Shown one piece after another: positions 9,981 through 24,156 of a DNA stretch of 64,000 nucleotides. A program made the translations under genes and the position numbers. A model generated the notes under the pieces. It saw only the letters and a program-made list of their open reading frames with translations, was not told the origin of the DNA and made no database searches. Position 1 is the stretch's first letter, and every line of letters begins with the position of its first letter. The DNA is from Eledone cirrhosa (taxonomy: Eukaryota): assembly GCA_964016885.1 (NCBI GenBank), contig OZ024761.1, positions 16,988,001 to 17,052,000 on the forward strand. Direction: 5' to 3'.

Positions 9981-10512
9981 TATACATAGACATGTGTGTG
10001 TGTGTATGTACATTCTTAGGTATATACATATATATTTATACACACATACATACAAATATATATATTTCTATGAGTCCCGGTTTATTACACATTGGAGACA
10101 GAGTGAGAGATTTAGCTTTCATTTTTAGCAGATTTAGAAACTTTGCAAACGCTTTATTTTTTCTTATTGCCGGTACTCTGAACACGATTTGAAATGACTG
10201 GAGTGAGTTTATAAAAGGGTAAACTGAAATAGTTGCACCGGTAATATATTTAGTGTTACACCGGTATTTTTGAAACAATCTCTTTCGCATTCGTCTGCAA
10301 GCGGTAACGTTTTCTATGCCGTCTCTGGTAGTGTAGAACTGTAGGTTGACTTGCTTGGGTTTTACAAATGTTTGTCAACATGCATATTATTATTATTATT
10401 ATATACTTTCAAACACACTTACATATATTATATTTATAAACATATAGGATTTTACTAAGTTTTTATTCTTTCTAATGTGAAGAGATAGAAATAATAAGTT
10501 AAAGCTAAAGTA

Positions 10513-11546
10513 TAATGATATAACAACAGTATATAATAGTTTTCTCCACTTTATTGAGATGCAAACGTTTTAAAGAAAGAACATGACAGTATAAGAAATA
10601 TTTAATATCATAACATATAATATTTCAGGTAGGATGGTCGTTTCTCTTGTCTTCCACCTCTAGTTGTAGATTCTTCATGTCCTCTCTAGCCATAATTATG
10701 TCGTCGACATATGCATAAGTTTGATTTCTTCTTGAATGAATTGCAAATCTTGAGGTAGCCTTCTTGGTACATTTATTAGCTTTAATTCGTGTTTACACTG
10801 CTTGTAATAATTCGTACGTTTTTTACTTTAGATGAAACATATATATAAAAACGTCTGTGGCTTTAGTATACCTTTAAGTTTGATTTCAATAGAAAAATAC
10901 TTACTGAACATGTGTAACACAATTATAACTGGAGCTACTAAGTTCCTAGCCACTAGAAAATCTATTTGATAGAAGTTATTTCTTAGTTCTATGCACTGTC
11001 AATATCCCTTCTACTTTTTATATGCTTGTGTTTGTTAAAGAAACATTCTCTGATTTAGAAACCACGATCTTCTCGCACCACCGTTGTAGTAATTCTTGTT
11101 AAATGTTTTGTCTGGTCTATTGTCAATAAGTGGCCTTGTTTTCTGATTATTAATAAAGTTAAGTGGTCTACTGAATTGTCTTCATTATTGCCTATTTATA
11201 AGTTTTGTTTAACTGCCGATAACTTTAAAATGTATTTCTTAGGTTGCTTAGGCCTACAAACCTTATATCAGTGTCCCTTCTTTTGACACTTTCTACGAGT
11301 GAATCCTTAAATTGACATTTTATTTTGGGTTGTACTGCCTTATCCCACCTATAACAGCTTGAAGCAGATATAGTAAAAACAGGTCCTTGACTGTGGAGAC
11401 TAATATGAGTTATGTTGAATATACTTGTTGAGGTTTATTCAATCTAAGAGAAGAAAAAGGAATTATAAGTAAAGTGCAAAATAAATCGGCTGCTTTTAAA
11501 CCTAGAGGAGGGGAGGATTGACTTAGTCAGGTTTAAATGCCCACAT
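10513..11546 (-). mobile_element. Gypsy remnant, unit 2
   Basis: Copy of 4290-5325; YVDD at 10700-10711. Confidence 0.75.
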
Positions 11547-14500
11547 GACGGTAATTACGGCACCCCTACAACAACAGTTAAGTGTCGATAACCACCACGC
11601 ATTTATGAGACTAAAAACCTTGCTAGTGTATTTTTATTTTGGTACAAAAGTTTTTAAATTCAAGTCCAATATAATGTATTTAAACGAATCTATAGATAGG
11701 ATTTCAATACCTGCCAGAGCTTATGAAATAGTAAAACAAATTTTTTTTTTCAATTATGTCAAATACCAAAAGTTGTTCTTTATTAAAGAAATGCTAAAAT
11801 AGATTTAGTTAGTATGACTCTGAACTGTGTTCAGAAACGGTAATGTTATGTTTTGCTGAGAGCCTGTCTGTCTTACAGTATGTTTACACACAATACATAC
11901 ATGCATATACATAAATTAATTGTTTATTAGCTATATTCATCTGTTTACACTCCTCGTAATAATTCGAGCGGTTTTGTTTTTGTTTTTTCTTCAGGAGAGA
12001 CGTAGATAGAAAAACGTTTGTGGCTTTAGTATTGCTTATTTTTAAGTTTTGTTTAATTGCCGATAAATTTGAAATATATTTGTTAGGTTTCTTAGAACTA
12101 CAAATCTTTCTTATGACACTTACTACGGAATAAATTCTTAGCTGGATACTTTACTTTGAATCAGATGTAGCAAAAACTTGTGAAGACTGACATGAGTTAT
12201 GTTGAATATAAGTGTAGACGTCAAATATTTTTGTTTATTCAATCTAAAGGGAAGGCAAAAGAATTATAAGTCAAGTGCAAAATTAACGTTTAAAGGCATA
12301 AGAAAGGTATCTCGCTTTCTCTCCTGTAAAATAAATAGGCTGTTTTTAGACCAGGAGGATGGGAGGATTGACTCAGTCAGATTTAAATGCACACATGACG
12401 GTAAATACGACAGTTCTATAACAACCATGCATTTAAAAGACTGAAAACCTTACTAATTTGTTTTTATTTTGGTACTTGAAAACAAAATTTAAAAACAAAT
12501 TATATATTTAATTTCCTGTAAGTCAAATACAATGTATTTAAATGAATCTACAGATGGAGTTGCAATATCTGCCAGGACTTTGGAAATAGGGAAATATATA
12601 ATTTTTTAAATTAAAACTACTTTTCAAAGGAATAATAAAGATATATATACACACACACACACACAGACATCTCTAGTGGAGATGTTTCTGAGATTGGAAA
12701 CCCTATCGATGTATGTATTTTGTCACTGAAAAGTTATCAAAAAATTATTATTATATATACATGTTTGTGTTTTTGACGTAAGTAAAACGAATCTATATAC
12801 GAGGTTTTCGATACCTGCCAGAGCTTATGAAATAGTAAAAGAATATTTTTATTTTTCAATTATGTCAAACATCGTATGTGGTTCTTTATTAAAGAAATGC
12901 TAAAATAGATTTAAATATATGAAATTTGCACAGTAGAATTACGGCCGCTTGGCGGGCGTCTGGTAAAGTGGTGGTAGTGTAGGTTCGAGCGGAGGGGAAA
13001 CGAAAAAGGTGGCTCAGAGATGATCGTGGCCCCGGGTAGCTCAGAAGATAGAGACCAATCTCTTAAATTAAAACAATAAAAATGTTTTAAACATAAGATA
13101 AAGTAGAAGATCGAAACCCTATCTCCAAATCTATACACACTCAATTGATGCATAGATACACCACAACTACCCACACGACCACCTACAGACCAACAATTAC
13201 GGAGTGAAAATAAACACATTTAAAGCTATTTTATTGTTAGACTAAAAATAAGTTTATATATGTAAATATTCAAAAGAAAATCACTTAAGTCTTTATAGTC
13301 TAGTGGTAAGACATAAGACTGGGGAATGCCGTGTTTGGATTTCGAATCAACTTAAAACATTAATTTTTTTTATCCTCACACTGTAATGAATTTGTTTGAT
13401 TTGAACACGTAGTCATACCATTTAAAGCTTTATTTTTCTCTTTCTAGTGGTAACACAGTCAGCATATAAATAAACGTGATTCACTTCAACACGTTGCCAT
13501 ACCATTTAAAACTTTATTTGGAGATGAGACAAAGACACATAAATACACCAAGTAGTAAACCCTTGATTTAACTTACTATGAAGATGAAGAATGTCTTAAT
13601 ATCAAAGTGACGTTAAATTTAGGGGCCACTTTCATTGTTTTTAATTTACAGAAACTCCTTAATATAACACAATATACAAGATATATATATCAGAAGGAAT
13701 ATTTTTTATTTTCTTGTTCCGTCAAACCTTGCGTTTATTCTACACACACACACGTCGAAACACTTGCTTGAGGTGGCTTTCTTAGACATAATGAAAAGTG
13801 TTGGCTTTGTGGAGATTGATACAACTTTGGGTGATGTTACGAGGAGGGGCAAGGCTATGGAGAGTGTCTTAGTGGAAGAGATGATATCAGAGCAGTAACC
13901 TCCAAAGAGATGAAATTAGTGACTGAGATGCTATCATTGCATAGTTAAGAATATATATAACAAACATATACTATAAATTTAACAAGTCAAACTACAGTTA
14001 TACTCTAACACGGAAGACAAATAAAACTTTACCTCTATCATGCACGTCGTATCCAGTGTGTTGTTATAAGAAAACCGGTGAAACACTAAATATGCCACCA
14101 GTGTAGCGATTTTATACTCTCTCTGCTTCATCGTACCACCCAGTAACATGAAACTGTGTTCAAATCCCTGGGTGGTAGAATTACGTCGCTTTAAAATAAA
14201 CACACTGGGGTCAGTTTGAATATTGATTTCATGTGAAAAATATAAACATATTATGATTGTACTCCGAACTATCAATATTGAAACAATTCTAATGCGCCAA
14301 TAAAATTTATATATATATACAGCAACACTGTTTTCGATCTTTCTTACTTTTTTTATTCACATTCTACAGTCACTTTAACTCTGTAATAAAAGCCAACACG
14401 AGACGAACGTTAACTGCAGTTACCCCCCACGAAATTAACGCACACACAAATGAATATACTACGAAAATGTATTTAAAATAAAAAAATAAATACTTAAATT

Positions 14501-14913
14501 CAATGTATGTATAATTACACATACAATATGTTTTGTTGTAAAACCCTAAATAATCATTTAAGAAATGATGTCAATCTTTGTACAGAGATAAACATTAATT
14601 TATGTATATGCATTGTGTGTGCGTATATACTCCATTTAAGACAGCGAAAAAACCAGTACCTCCTTCGAAGAATGCCAAATAGCTTATGCCTCAGGGATAC
14701 CGGTGTAACACTAATTAAGTTACCGGTGTAGATATTTCAGTTGAACCCTGCTTCAACAAACTACCCGGTAATTTGAAATCGAGTTTAGAGTGAGGGGTGT
14801 AAAACAGAATTCTGTTTGGAAAATAGTAAATTCTAAACCTGCTAGAAATAGCAGCCAAATGTCGTACTTTGGGTACGAGGTGCGACTCGTCTTACCTCTT
14901 ATAATATATATAA

Positions 14914-14956
<43 letters not shown>

Positions 14957-15330
14957 ATAACGGGTCGCGTCGGAGAGAAACCACAATAAATACAATGTAC
15001 TCAATAGATTGGCACAGTATATATATATATATGTGGGTGTGTGTGTACATATAAATATGTGTGTGTGTGTGTATGTATATATATATATATATGTATAAAT
15101 GCATATATACATATAAATACTTATATATATACATAAACATATGTATACATACACACATATATAGATATATATGTGTGTATATATATATATATATCTGTGT
15201 GTCTATTTCTATATATATATATAAATATATATAATTATTACTTAGGTTCTAAGGAATATCCCGCGAATGTCGGGGTTTACTGTATATATATATATATATA
15301 TATGTATGTATATACATATTTATTACTTTC

Positions 15331-15691
15331 ACTGTTATTTCTAGCATGAAAAAGAAAAACCGGAAGAGGAGAAAATTGAAAAACATCTTCTTTTTCCTCC
15401 CTTTAACTTTTCAAACAAAAGAGAATTTTATGTCAACAAAAACGAAATTTTTGCCAAGAAAGATAACTCTTCTCTGACTTAAATCCAAAATTGGGATACA
15501 AAAAGAATTCAGCAATTTTTTGTATCCCAATTTTGGATTTAAGTCAGAGAAGAGTTATCTTTCTTGGCAAAAATTTCGTTTTTGTTTACATAAAATTCTC
15601 TTTTGTTTGAAAAGTTAAAGGGAGGAAAAAGAAGATGTTTTTCAATTTTCTCCCCTTCCGGTTTTTTCTAGTGTATACTAGAAATAGCAGT
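15331..15691. repeat. 361-bp palindrome, unit 3
   Basis: Same as unit 1. Confidence 0.95.
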
Positions 15692-16173
15692 CAAAGCAAT
15701 ATATATATGCCTTTTGTGACAATATATATTGTTTTAACGCTAGATTATTAACAACAATATATTGTATTTGTTGGCCTATTGGACGCAGAAGACGCTCACT
15801 CGATTTTTATTATATTTTACGTTGTATTTTGAGGTTTATAGGCTTTTCTATGGACCACCTACAATATTCGCGATTTTTCTCTATTCTCGGGTTCTCTAGG
15901 ACTGTAAACCCCACGAATGCCGGGGGAGGGGTAACTGTATATGAATATATCGACTAATAATATACAGTATAATTGTACGAGTATGCATATACATAGCAAT
16001 GTATATACATATTTACACATATATGTACATATATATATATATAGACACACATGTATATATATATATATATAGACACACATGTATATATATATTTATATAT
16101 ATATGCATGTATGTATGTATGTATATATGTATACATATATATACATATATATATATGCATGTATGTATATATG

Positions 16174-16225
<52 letters not shown>

Positions 16226-16739
16226 GACATGTGTGTGTGTGTATGTACATTCTTAGGTATATACATATATATTTATACACACATACATACAAATATATAT
16301 ATTTCTATGAGTCCCGGTTTATTACACATTGGAGACAGAGTGAGAGATTTAGCTTTCATTTTTAGCAGATTTAGAAACTTTGCAAACGCTTTATTTTTTC
16401 TTATTGCCGGTACTCTGAACACGATTTGAAATGACTGGAGTGAGTTTATAAAAGGGTAAACTGAAATAGTTGCACCGGTAATATATTTAGTGTTACACCG
16501 GTATTTTTGAAACAATCTCTTTCGCATTCGTCTGCAAGCGGTAACGTTTTCTATGCCGTCTCTGGTAGTGTAGAACTGTAGGTTGACTTGCTTGGGTTTT
16601 ACAAATGTTTGTCAACATGCATATTATTATTATATACTTTCAAACACACTTACATATATTATATTTATAAACATATAGGATTTTACTAAGTTTTTATTCT
16701 TTCTAATGTGAAGAGATAGAAATAATAAGCTAAAGTATA

Positions 16740-17771
16740 ATGATATAACAACAGTATATAATAGTTTTCTCCACTTTATTGAGATGCAAACGTTTTAAAG
16801 AAAAAACATGACAGTATAAGAAATATTTAATATCATAACATATAATATTTCAGGTAGGATGGTCGTTTCTCTTGTCTTCCACCTCTAGTTGTAGATTCTT
16901 CATGTCCTCTCTAGCCATAATTATGTCGTCGACATATGCATAAGTTTAATTTCTTCTTGAATGAATTGCAAATCTTGAGGTAGCCTTCTTGGTACATTTA
17001 TTAGCTTTAATTCGTGTTTACACTGCTTGTAATAATTCGTACGTTTTTTACTTTAGATGAAACATATATATAAAAACGTCTGTGGCTTTAGTATACCTTT
17101 AAGTTTGATTTCAATAGAAAAATACTTACTGAACATGTGTAACACAATTATAACTGGAGCTACTAAGTTCCTAGCCACTAGAAAATCTATTTGATAGAAG
17201 TTATTTCTTAGTTCTATGCACTGTCAATATCCCTTCTACTTTTTATATGCTTGTGTTTGTTAAAGAAACATTCTCTGATTTAGAAACCACGATCTTCTCG
17301 CACCACCGTTGTAGTAATTCTTGTTAAATGTTTTGTCTGGTCTATTGTCAATAAGTGGCCTTGTTTTCTGATTATTAATAAAGTTAAGTGGTCTACTGAA
17401 TTGTCTTCATTATTGCCTATTTATAAGTTTTGTTTAACTGCCGATAACTTTAAAATGTATTTCTTAGGTTGCTTAGGCCTACAAACCTTATATCAGTGTC
17501 CCTTCTTTTGACACTTTCTACGAGTGAATCCTTAAATTGACATTTTATTTTGGGTTGTACTGCCTTATCCCACCTATAACAGCTTGAAGCAGATATAGTA
17601 AAAACAGGTCCTTGACTGTGGAGACTAATATGAGTTATGTTGAATATACTTGTTGAGGTTTATTCAATCTAAGAGAAGAAAAAGGAATTATAAGTAAAGT
17701 GCAAAATAAATCGGCTGCTTTTAAACCTAGAGGAGGGGAGGATTGACTTAGTCAGGTTTAAATGCCCACAT
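16740..17771 (-). mobile_element. Gypsy remnant, unit 3
   Basis: YVDD at 16925-16936. Confidence 0.75.
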
Positions 17772-20700
17772 GACGGTAATTACGGCACCCCTACAACAAC
17801 AGTTAAGTGTCTAGAACCACCACGCATTTATGAGACTAAAAACCTTGCTAGTGTATTTTTATTTTGGTACAAAAGTTTTTAAATTCAAGTCCAATATAAT
17901 GTATTTAAACGAATCTATAGATAGGATTTCAATACCTGCCAGAGCTTATGAAATAGTAAAACAAATTTTTTTTTTCAATTATGTCAAATACCAAAAGTTG
18001 TTCTTTATTAAAGAAATGCTAAAATAGATTTAGTTAGTATGACTCTGAACTGTGTTCAGAAACGGTAATGTTATGTTTTGCTGAGAGCCTGTCTGTCTTA
18101 CAGTATGTTTACACACAATACATACATGCATATACATAAATTAATTGTTTATTAGCTATATTCATCTGTTTACACTCCTCGTAATAATTCGAGCGGTTTT
18201 GTTTTTGTTTTTTCTTCAGGAGAGACGTAGATAGAAAAACGTTTGTGGCTTTAGTATTGCTTATTTTTAAGTTTTGTTTAATTGCCGATAAATTTGAAAT
18301 ATATTTGTTAGGTTTCTTAGAACTACAAATCTTTCTTATGACACTTACTACGGAATAAATTCTTAGCTGGATACTTTACTTTGAATCAGATGTAGCAAAA
18401 ACTTGTGAAGACTGACATGAGTTATGTTGAATATAAGTGTAGACGTCAAATATTTTTGTTTATTCAATCTAAAGGGAAGGCAAAAGAATTATAAGTCAAG
18501 TGCAAAATTAACGTTTAAAGGCATAAGAAAGGTATCTCGCTTTCTCTCCTGTAAAATAAATAGGCTGTTTTTAGACCAGGAGGATGGGAGGATTGACTCA
18601 GTCAGATTTAAATGCACACATGACGGTAAATACGACAGTCCTACAACAACAGTTAAGTGTCTATAACAACCATGCATTTAAGAGACTGAAAACCTTACTA
18701 ATTTGTTTTTATTTTGGTACTTGAAAACAAAATTTAAAAACAAATTATATATTTAATTTCCTGTAAGTCAAATACAATGTATTTAAATGAATCTACAGAT
18801 GGAGTTGCAATATCTGCCAGGACTTTGGAAATAGGGAAATATATAATTTTTTAAATTAAAACTACTTTTCAAAGGAATAATAAAGATATATATACACACA
18901 CACACACAGACATCTCTAGTGGAGATATTTCTGAGATTGGAAACCCTATCGATGTATGTATTTTGTCACTGAAAAGTTATCAAAAAATTATTATTATATA
19001 TACATGTTTGTGTTTTTGACGTAAGTAAAACGAATCTATATACGAGGTTTTCGATACCTGCCAGAGCTTATGAAATAGTAAAAGAATATTTTTATTTTTC
19101 AATTATGTCAAACATCGTATGTGGTTCTTTATTAAAGAAATGCTAAAATAGATTTAAATATATGAAATTTGCACAGTAGAATTACGGCCGCTTGGCGGGC
19201 GTCTGGTAAAGTGGTGGTAGTGTAGGTTCGAGCGGAGGGGAAACGAAAAAGGTGGCTCAGAGATGATCGTGGCCCCGGGTAGCTCAGAAGATAGAGACCA
19301 ATCTCTTAAATTAAAACAATAAAAATGTTTTAAACATAAGATAAAGTAGAAGATCGAAACCCTATCTCCAAATCTATACACACTCAATTGATGCATAGAT
19401 ACACCACAACTACCCACACGACCACCTACAGACCAACAATTACGGAGTGAAAATAAACACATTTAAAGCTATTTTATTGTTAGACTAAAAATAAGTTTAT
19501 ATATGTAAATATTCAAAAGAAAATCACTTAAGTCTTTATAGTCTAGTGGTAAGACATAAGACTGGGGAATGCCGTGTTTGGATTTCGAATCAACTTAAAA
19601 CATTAATTTTTTTTATCCTCACACTGTAATGAATTTGTTTGATTTGAACACGTAGTCATACCATTTAAAGCTTTATTTTTCTCTTTCTAGTGGTAACACA
19701 GTCAGCATATAAATAAACGTGATTCACTTCAACACGTTGCCATACCATTTAAAACTTTATTTGGAGATGAGACAAAGACACATAAATACACCAAGTAGTA
19801 AACCCTTGATTTAACTTACTATGAAGATGAAGAATGTCTTAATATCAAAGTGACGTTCAATTTAGGGGCCACTTTCATTGTTTTTAATTTACAGAAACTC
19901 CTTAATATAACACAATATACAAGATATATATATCAGAAGGAATATTTTTTATTTTCTTGTTCCGTCAAACCTTGCGTTTATTCTACACACACACACGTCG
20001 AAACACTTGCTTGAGGTGGCTTTCTTAGACATAATGAAAAGTGTTGGCTTTGTGGAGATTGATACAACTTTGGGTGATGTTACGAGGAGGGGCAAGGCTA
20101 TGGAGAGTGTCTTAGTGGAAGAGATGATATCAGAGCAGTAACCTCCAAAGAGATGAAATTAGTGACCGAGATGCTATCATTGCATAGTTAAGAATATATA
20201 TAACAAACATATACTATAAATTTAACAAGTCAAACTACAGTTATACTCTAACACGGAAGACAAATAAAACTTTACCTCTATCATGCACGTCGTATCCAGT
20301 GTGTTGTTATAAGAAAACCGGTGAAACACTAAATATGCCACCAGTGTAGCGATTTTATACTCTCTCTGCTTCATCGTACCACCCAGTAACATGAAACTGT
20401 GTTCAAATCCCTGGGTGGTAGAATTACGTCGCTTTAAAATAAACACACTGGGGTCAGTTTGAATATTGATTTCATGTGAAAAATATAAACATATTATGAT
20501 TGTACTCCGAACTATCAATATTGAAACAATTCTAATGCGCCAATAAAATTTATATATATATACAGCAACACTGTTTTCGATCTTTCTTACTTTTTTTATT
20601 CACATTCTACAGTCACTTTAACTCTGTAATAAAAGCCAACACGAGACGAACGTTAACTGCAGTTACCCCCCACGAAATTAACGCACACACAAATGAATAT

Positions 20701-21303
20701 ACTACGAAAATGTATTTAAAATAAAAAAATAAATACTTAAATTCAATGTATGTATAATTACACATACAATATGTTTTGTTGTAAAACCCTAAATAATCAT
20801 TTAAGAAATGATGTCAATCTTTGTACAGAGATAAACATTAATTTATGTATATGCATTGTGTGTGCGTATATACTCCATTTAAGACAGCGAAAAAACCAGT
20901 ACCTCCTTCGAAGAATGCCAAATAGCTTATGCCTCAGGGATACCGGTGTAACACTAATTAAGTTACCGGTGTAGATATTTCAGTTGAACCCTGCTTCAAC
21001 AAACTACCCGGTAATTTGAAATCGAGTTTAGAGTGAGGGGTGTAAAACAGAATTCTGTTTGGAAAATAGTAAATTCTAAACCTGCTAGAATTAGCAGCCA
21101 AATGTCGTACTTTGGGTACGAGGTGCGACTCGTCTTACCTCTTCTAATATATATATATAAATATATATGTGTGTGTGTATATATATATATGCGTATGTAG
21201 ATTCACGGGTCGCGCCGGGGAGAAACCACAATAAATACAATGTACTCAATAGATTGGCACAGTATATATATATATGTGTGGGTGTGTGTGTACATATAAA
21301 TAT

Positions 21304-21343
<40 letters not shown>

Positions 21344-21589
21344 ATATATATATATATGTATAAATGCATATATACATATAAATACTTATATATATACATA
21401 AACATATGTATACATACACACATATATAGATATATATGTGTGTATATATATATATATCTGTGTGTCTATTTCTATATATATATATAAATATATATAATTA
21501 TTACTTAGGTTCTAAGGAATATCCCGCGAATGTCGGGGTTTACTGTATATATATATATATATATATGTATATACATATATATTACTTTC

Positions 21590-21950
21590 ACTGTTATTTC
21601 TAGCATGAAAAAGAAAAACCGGAAGAGGAGAAAATTGAAAAACATCTTCTTTTTCCCCCCTCTAACTTTTCAAACAAAAGAGAATTTTATGTAAACAAAA
21701 ACGAAATTTTTGCCAAGAAAGATAACTCTTCTCTGACTTAAATCCAAAATTGGGATACAAAAAGAATTCAGCAATTTTTTGTATCCCAATTTTGGATTTA
21801 AGTCAGAGAAGAGTTATCTTTCTTGGCAAAAATTTCGTTTTTGTTTACATAAAATTCTCTTTTGTTTGAAAAGTTAAAGGGGGGAAAAAGAAGATGTTTT
21901 TCAATTTTCTCCCCTTCCGGTTTTTTCTAGTGTATACTAGAAATAGCAGT
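21590..21950. repeat. 361-bp palindrome, unit 4
   Basis: Same as unit 1. Confidence 0.95.
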
Positions 21951-22932
21951 CAAAGCAATATATATATGCCTTTTGTGACAATATATATTGTTTTAACGCT
22001 AGATTATTAACAACAATATATTGTATTTGTTGGCCTATTGGACGCAGAAGACGCTCACTCGATTTTTATTATATTTTACGTTGTATTTTGAGGTTTATAG
22101 GCTTTTCTATGGACCACCTACAATATTCGCGATTTTTCTCTATTCTCGGGTTCTCTAGGACTGTAAACCCCACGAATGCCGGGGGGTAAATGTATATGAA
22201 TATATCGACTGATAATATACAGTATAATTGTACGAGTATGCATATACATAGCAATGTATATACATATTTACACATATATGTACATATATATATATATATA
22301 GACACACATGTATATATATATATATATAGACACACATGTATATATATATTTATATATATATGCATGTATGTATGTATGTATATATGTATATATATATATA
22401 TATATATATACATAGACATGTGTGTGTGTGTATGTACATTCTTAGGTATATACATATATATTTATACACACATACATACAAATATATATATTTCTATGAG
22501 TCTCGGTTTATTACACATTGGAGACAGAGTGAGAGATTTAGCTTTCATTTTTAGCAGATTTAGAAACTTTGCAAACGCTTTATTTTTTCTTATTGCCGGT
22601 ACTCTGAACACGATTTGAAATGACTGGAGTGAGTTTATAAAAGGGTAAACTGAAATAGTTGCACCGGTAATATATTTAGTGTTACACCGGTATTTTTGAA
22701 ACAATCTCTTTTGCATTCGTCTGCACGCGGTAACGTTTTCTATGCCGTCTCTGGTAGTGTAGAACTGTAGGTTGACTTGCTTGGGTTTTACAAATGTTTG
22801 TCAACATGCATATTATTATTATATACTTTCAAACACACTTACATATATTATATTTATAAACATATAGGATTTTACTAAGTTTTTATTCTTTCTAATGTGA
22901 AGAGATAGAAATAATAAGTTAAAGCTAAAGTA

Positions 22933-24156
22933 TAATGATATAACAACAGTATATAATAGTTTTCTCCACTTTATTGAGATGCAAACGTTTTAAAGAAAAA
23001 ACATGACAGTATAAGAAATATTTAATATCATAACATATAATATTTCAGGTAGGATGGTCGTTTCTCTTGTCTTCCACCTCTAGTTGTAGATTCTTCATGT
23101 CCTCTCTAGCCATAATTACGTCGTCGACATATGCACACGTTTGATTTCTTCTTGAACGAATTGCAAATCTTGAGGTAGCCTTCTTGGTACATTTATTAGC
23201 TTTAATTCGTGTTTACACTGCTTGTAATAATTCGTACGTTTTTTACTTTAGATGAAACATATATATAAGAACGTCTGTGGCTTTAGTATACCTTTAAGTT
23301 TGATTTCAATAGAAAAATACTTACTGAACATGTGTAACACAATTATAACTGGAGCTACTAAGTTCCTAGCCACTAGAAAATATATTTGATAGAAGTTATT
23401 TCTTAGTTCTATGCACTGTCAATATCCCTTCTACTTTTTATATGCTTGTGTTTGTTAAAGAAACATTCTCTGATTTAGAAACCACGATCTTCTCGCACCA
23501 CCGTTGTAGTAATTCTTGTTAAATGTTTTGTCTGGTCTATTGTCAATAAGTGGCCTTGTTTTCTGATTATTAATAAAGTTAAGTGGTCTACTGAATTGTC
23601 TTCATTAAGGGCGGTGGATTGGCAGTATCGGTAGAGGCTCGGACGCTATGCTTTCCAGCATAGTTACGTCCCTTTACGATCTGAGTTCAATTCCCGCCGA
23701 GGTTGACTTTGCCTTTCATCCTTACGGGGTCGATAAAATAAAGTACCAGTAATGCACTGAGTAATTGCTGGCCTTGTGCCTAAAGTAGAAACAATTATTG
23801 CCTATTTATAAATTTTGTTTAACTGCCGATAACTTTAAAATGTATTTCTTAGGTTGCTTAGGCCTACAAACCTTATATCAGTGTCCCTTCTTTTGACACT
23901 TTCTACGAGTGAATCCTTAAATTGACATTTTATTTTGGGTTGTACTGCCTTATCCCACCTATAACAGCTTGAAGCAGGTATAGTAAAAACAGGTCCTTGA
24001 CTGTGGAGACTAATATGAGTTATGTTGAATATACTTGTTGAGGTTTATTCAATCTAAGAGAAGAAAAAGGAATTATAAGTAAAGTGCAAAATAAATCGGC
24101 TGCTTTTAAACCTAGAGGAGGGGAGGATTGACTTAGTCAGGTTTAAATGCCCACAT
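22933..24156 (-). mobile_element. Gypsy remnant, unit 4 (interrupted by the SINE)
   Basis: TCAYVDDVIMA variant; YVDD at 23120-23131. Confidence 0.75.
23608..23793 (+). mobile_element. Full-length tRNA-derived SINE (octopus-type) inserted in unit 4
   Basis: Absent from the same site in other units (empty site TTCATTATTGCC). It has an A-box-like TGGCAGTATCGG, a B-box GAGTTCAATTCC, a central GACTTTGCCTTTCATCCTTACGGGGTCGATAAAATAAAGTACCAG domain, a 3' GCTGGCCTTGTGCCTAAAGTAGAAACA end and a 4-bp ATTA duplication. The match to abundant Octopus SINEs is from memory, not from a search. Confidence 0.9.

Larger units (their letters stand above)
6295..12515. repeat. Repeat unit 2 (6221 bp)
   Basis: Anchor-to-anchor distance. 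Confidence 0.95.
12516..18760. repeat. Repeat unit 3 (6245 bp)
   Basis: Anchor-to-anchor distance. Confidence 0.95.
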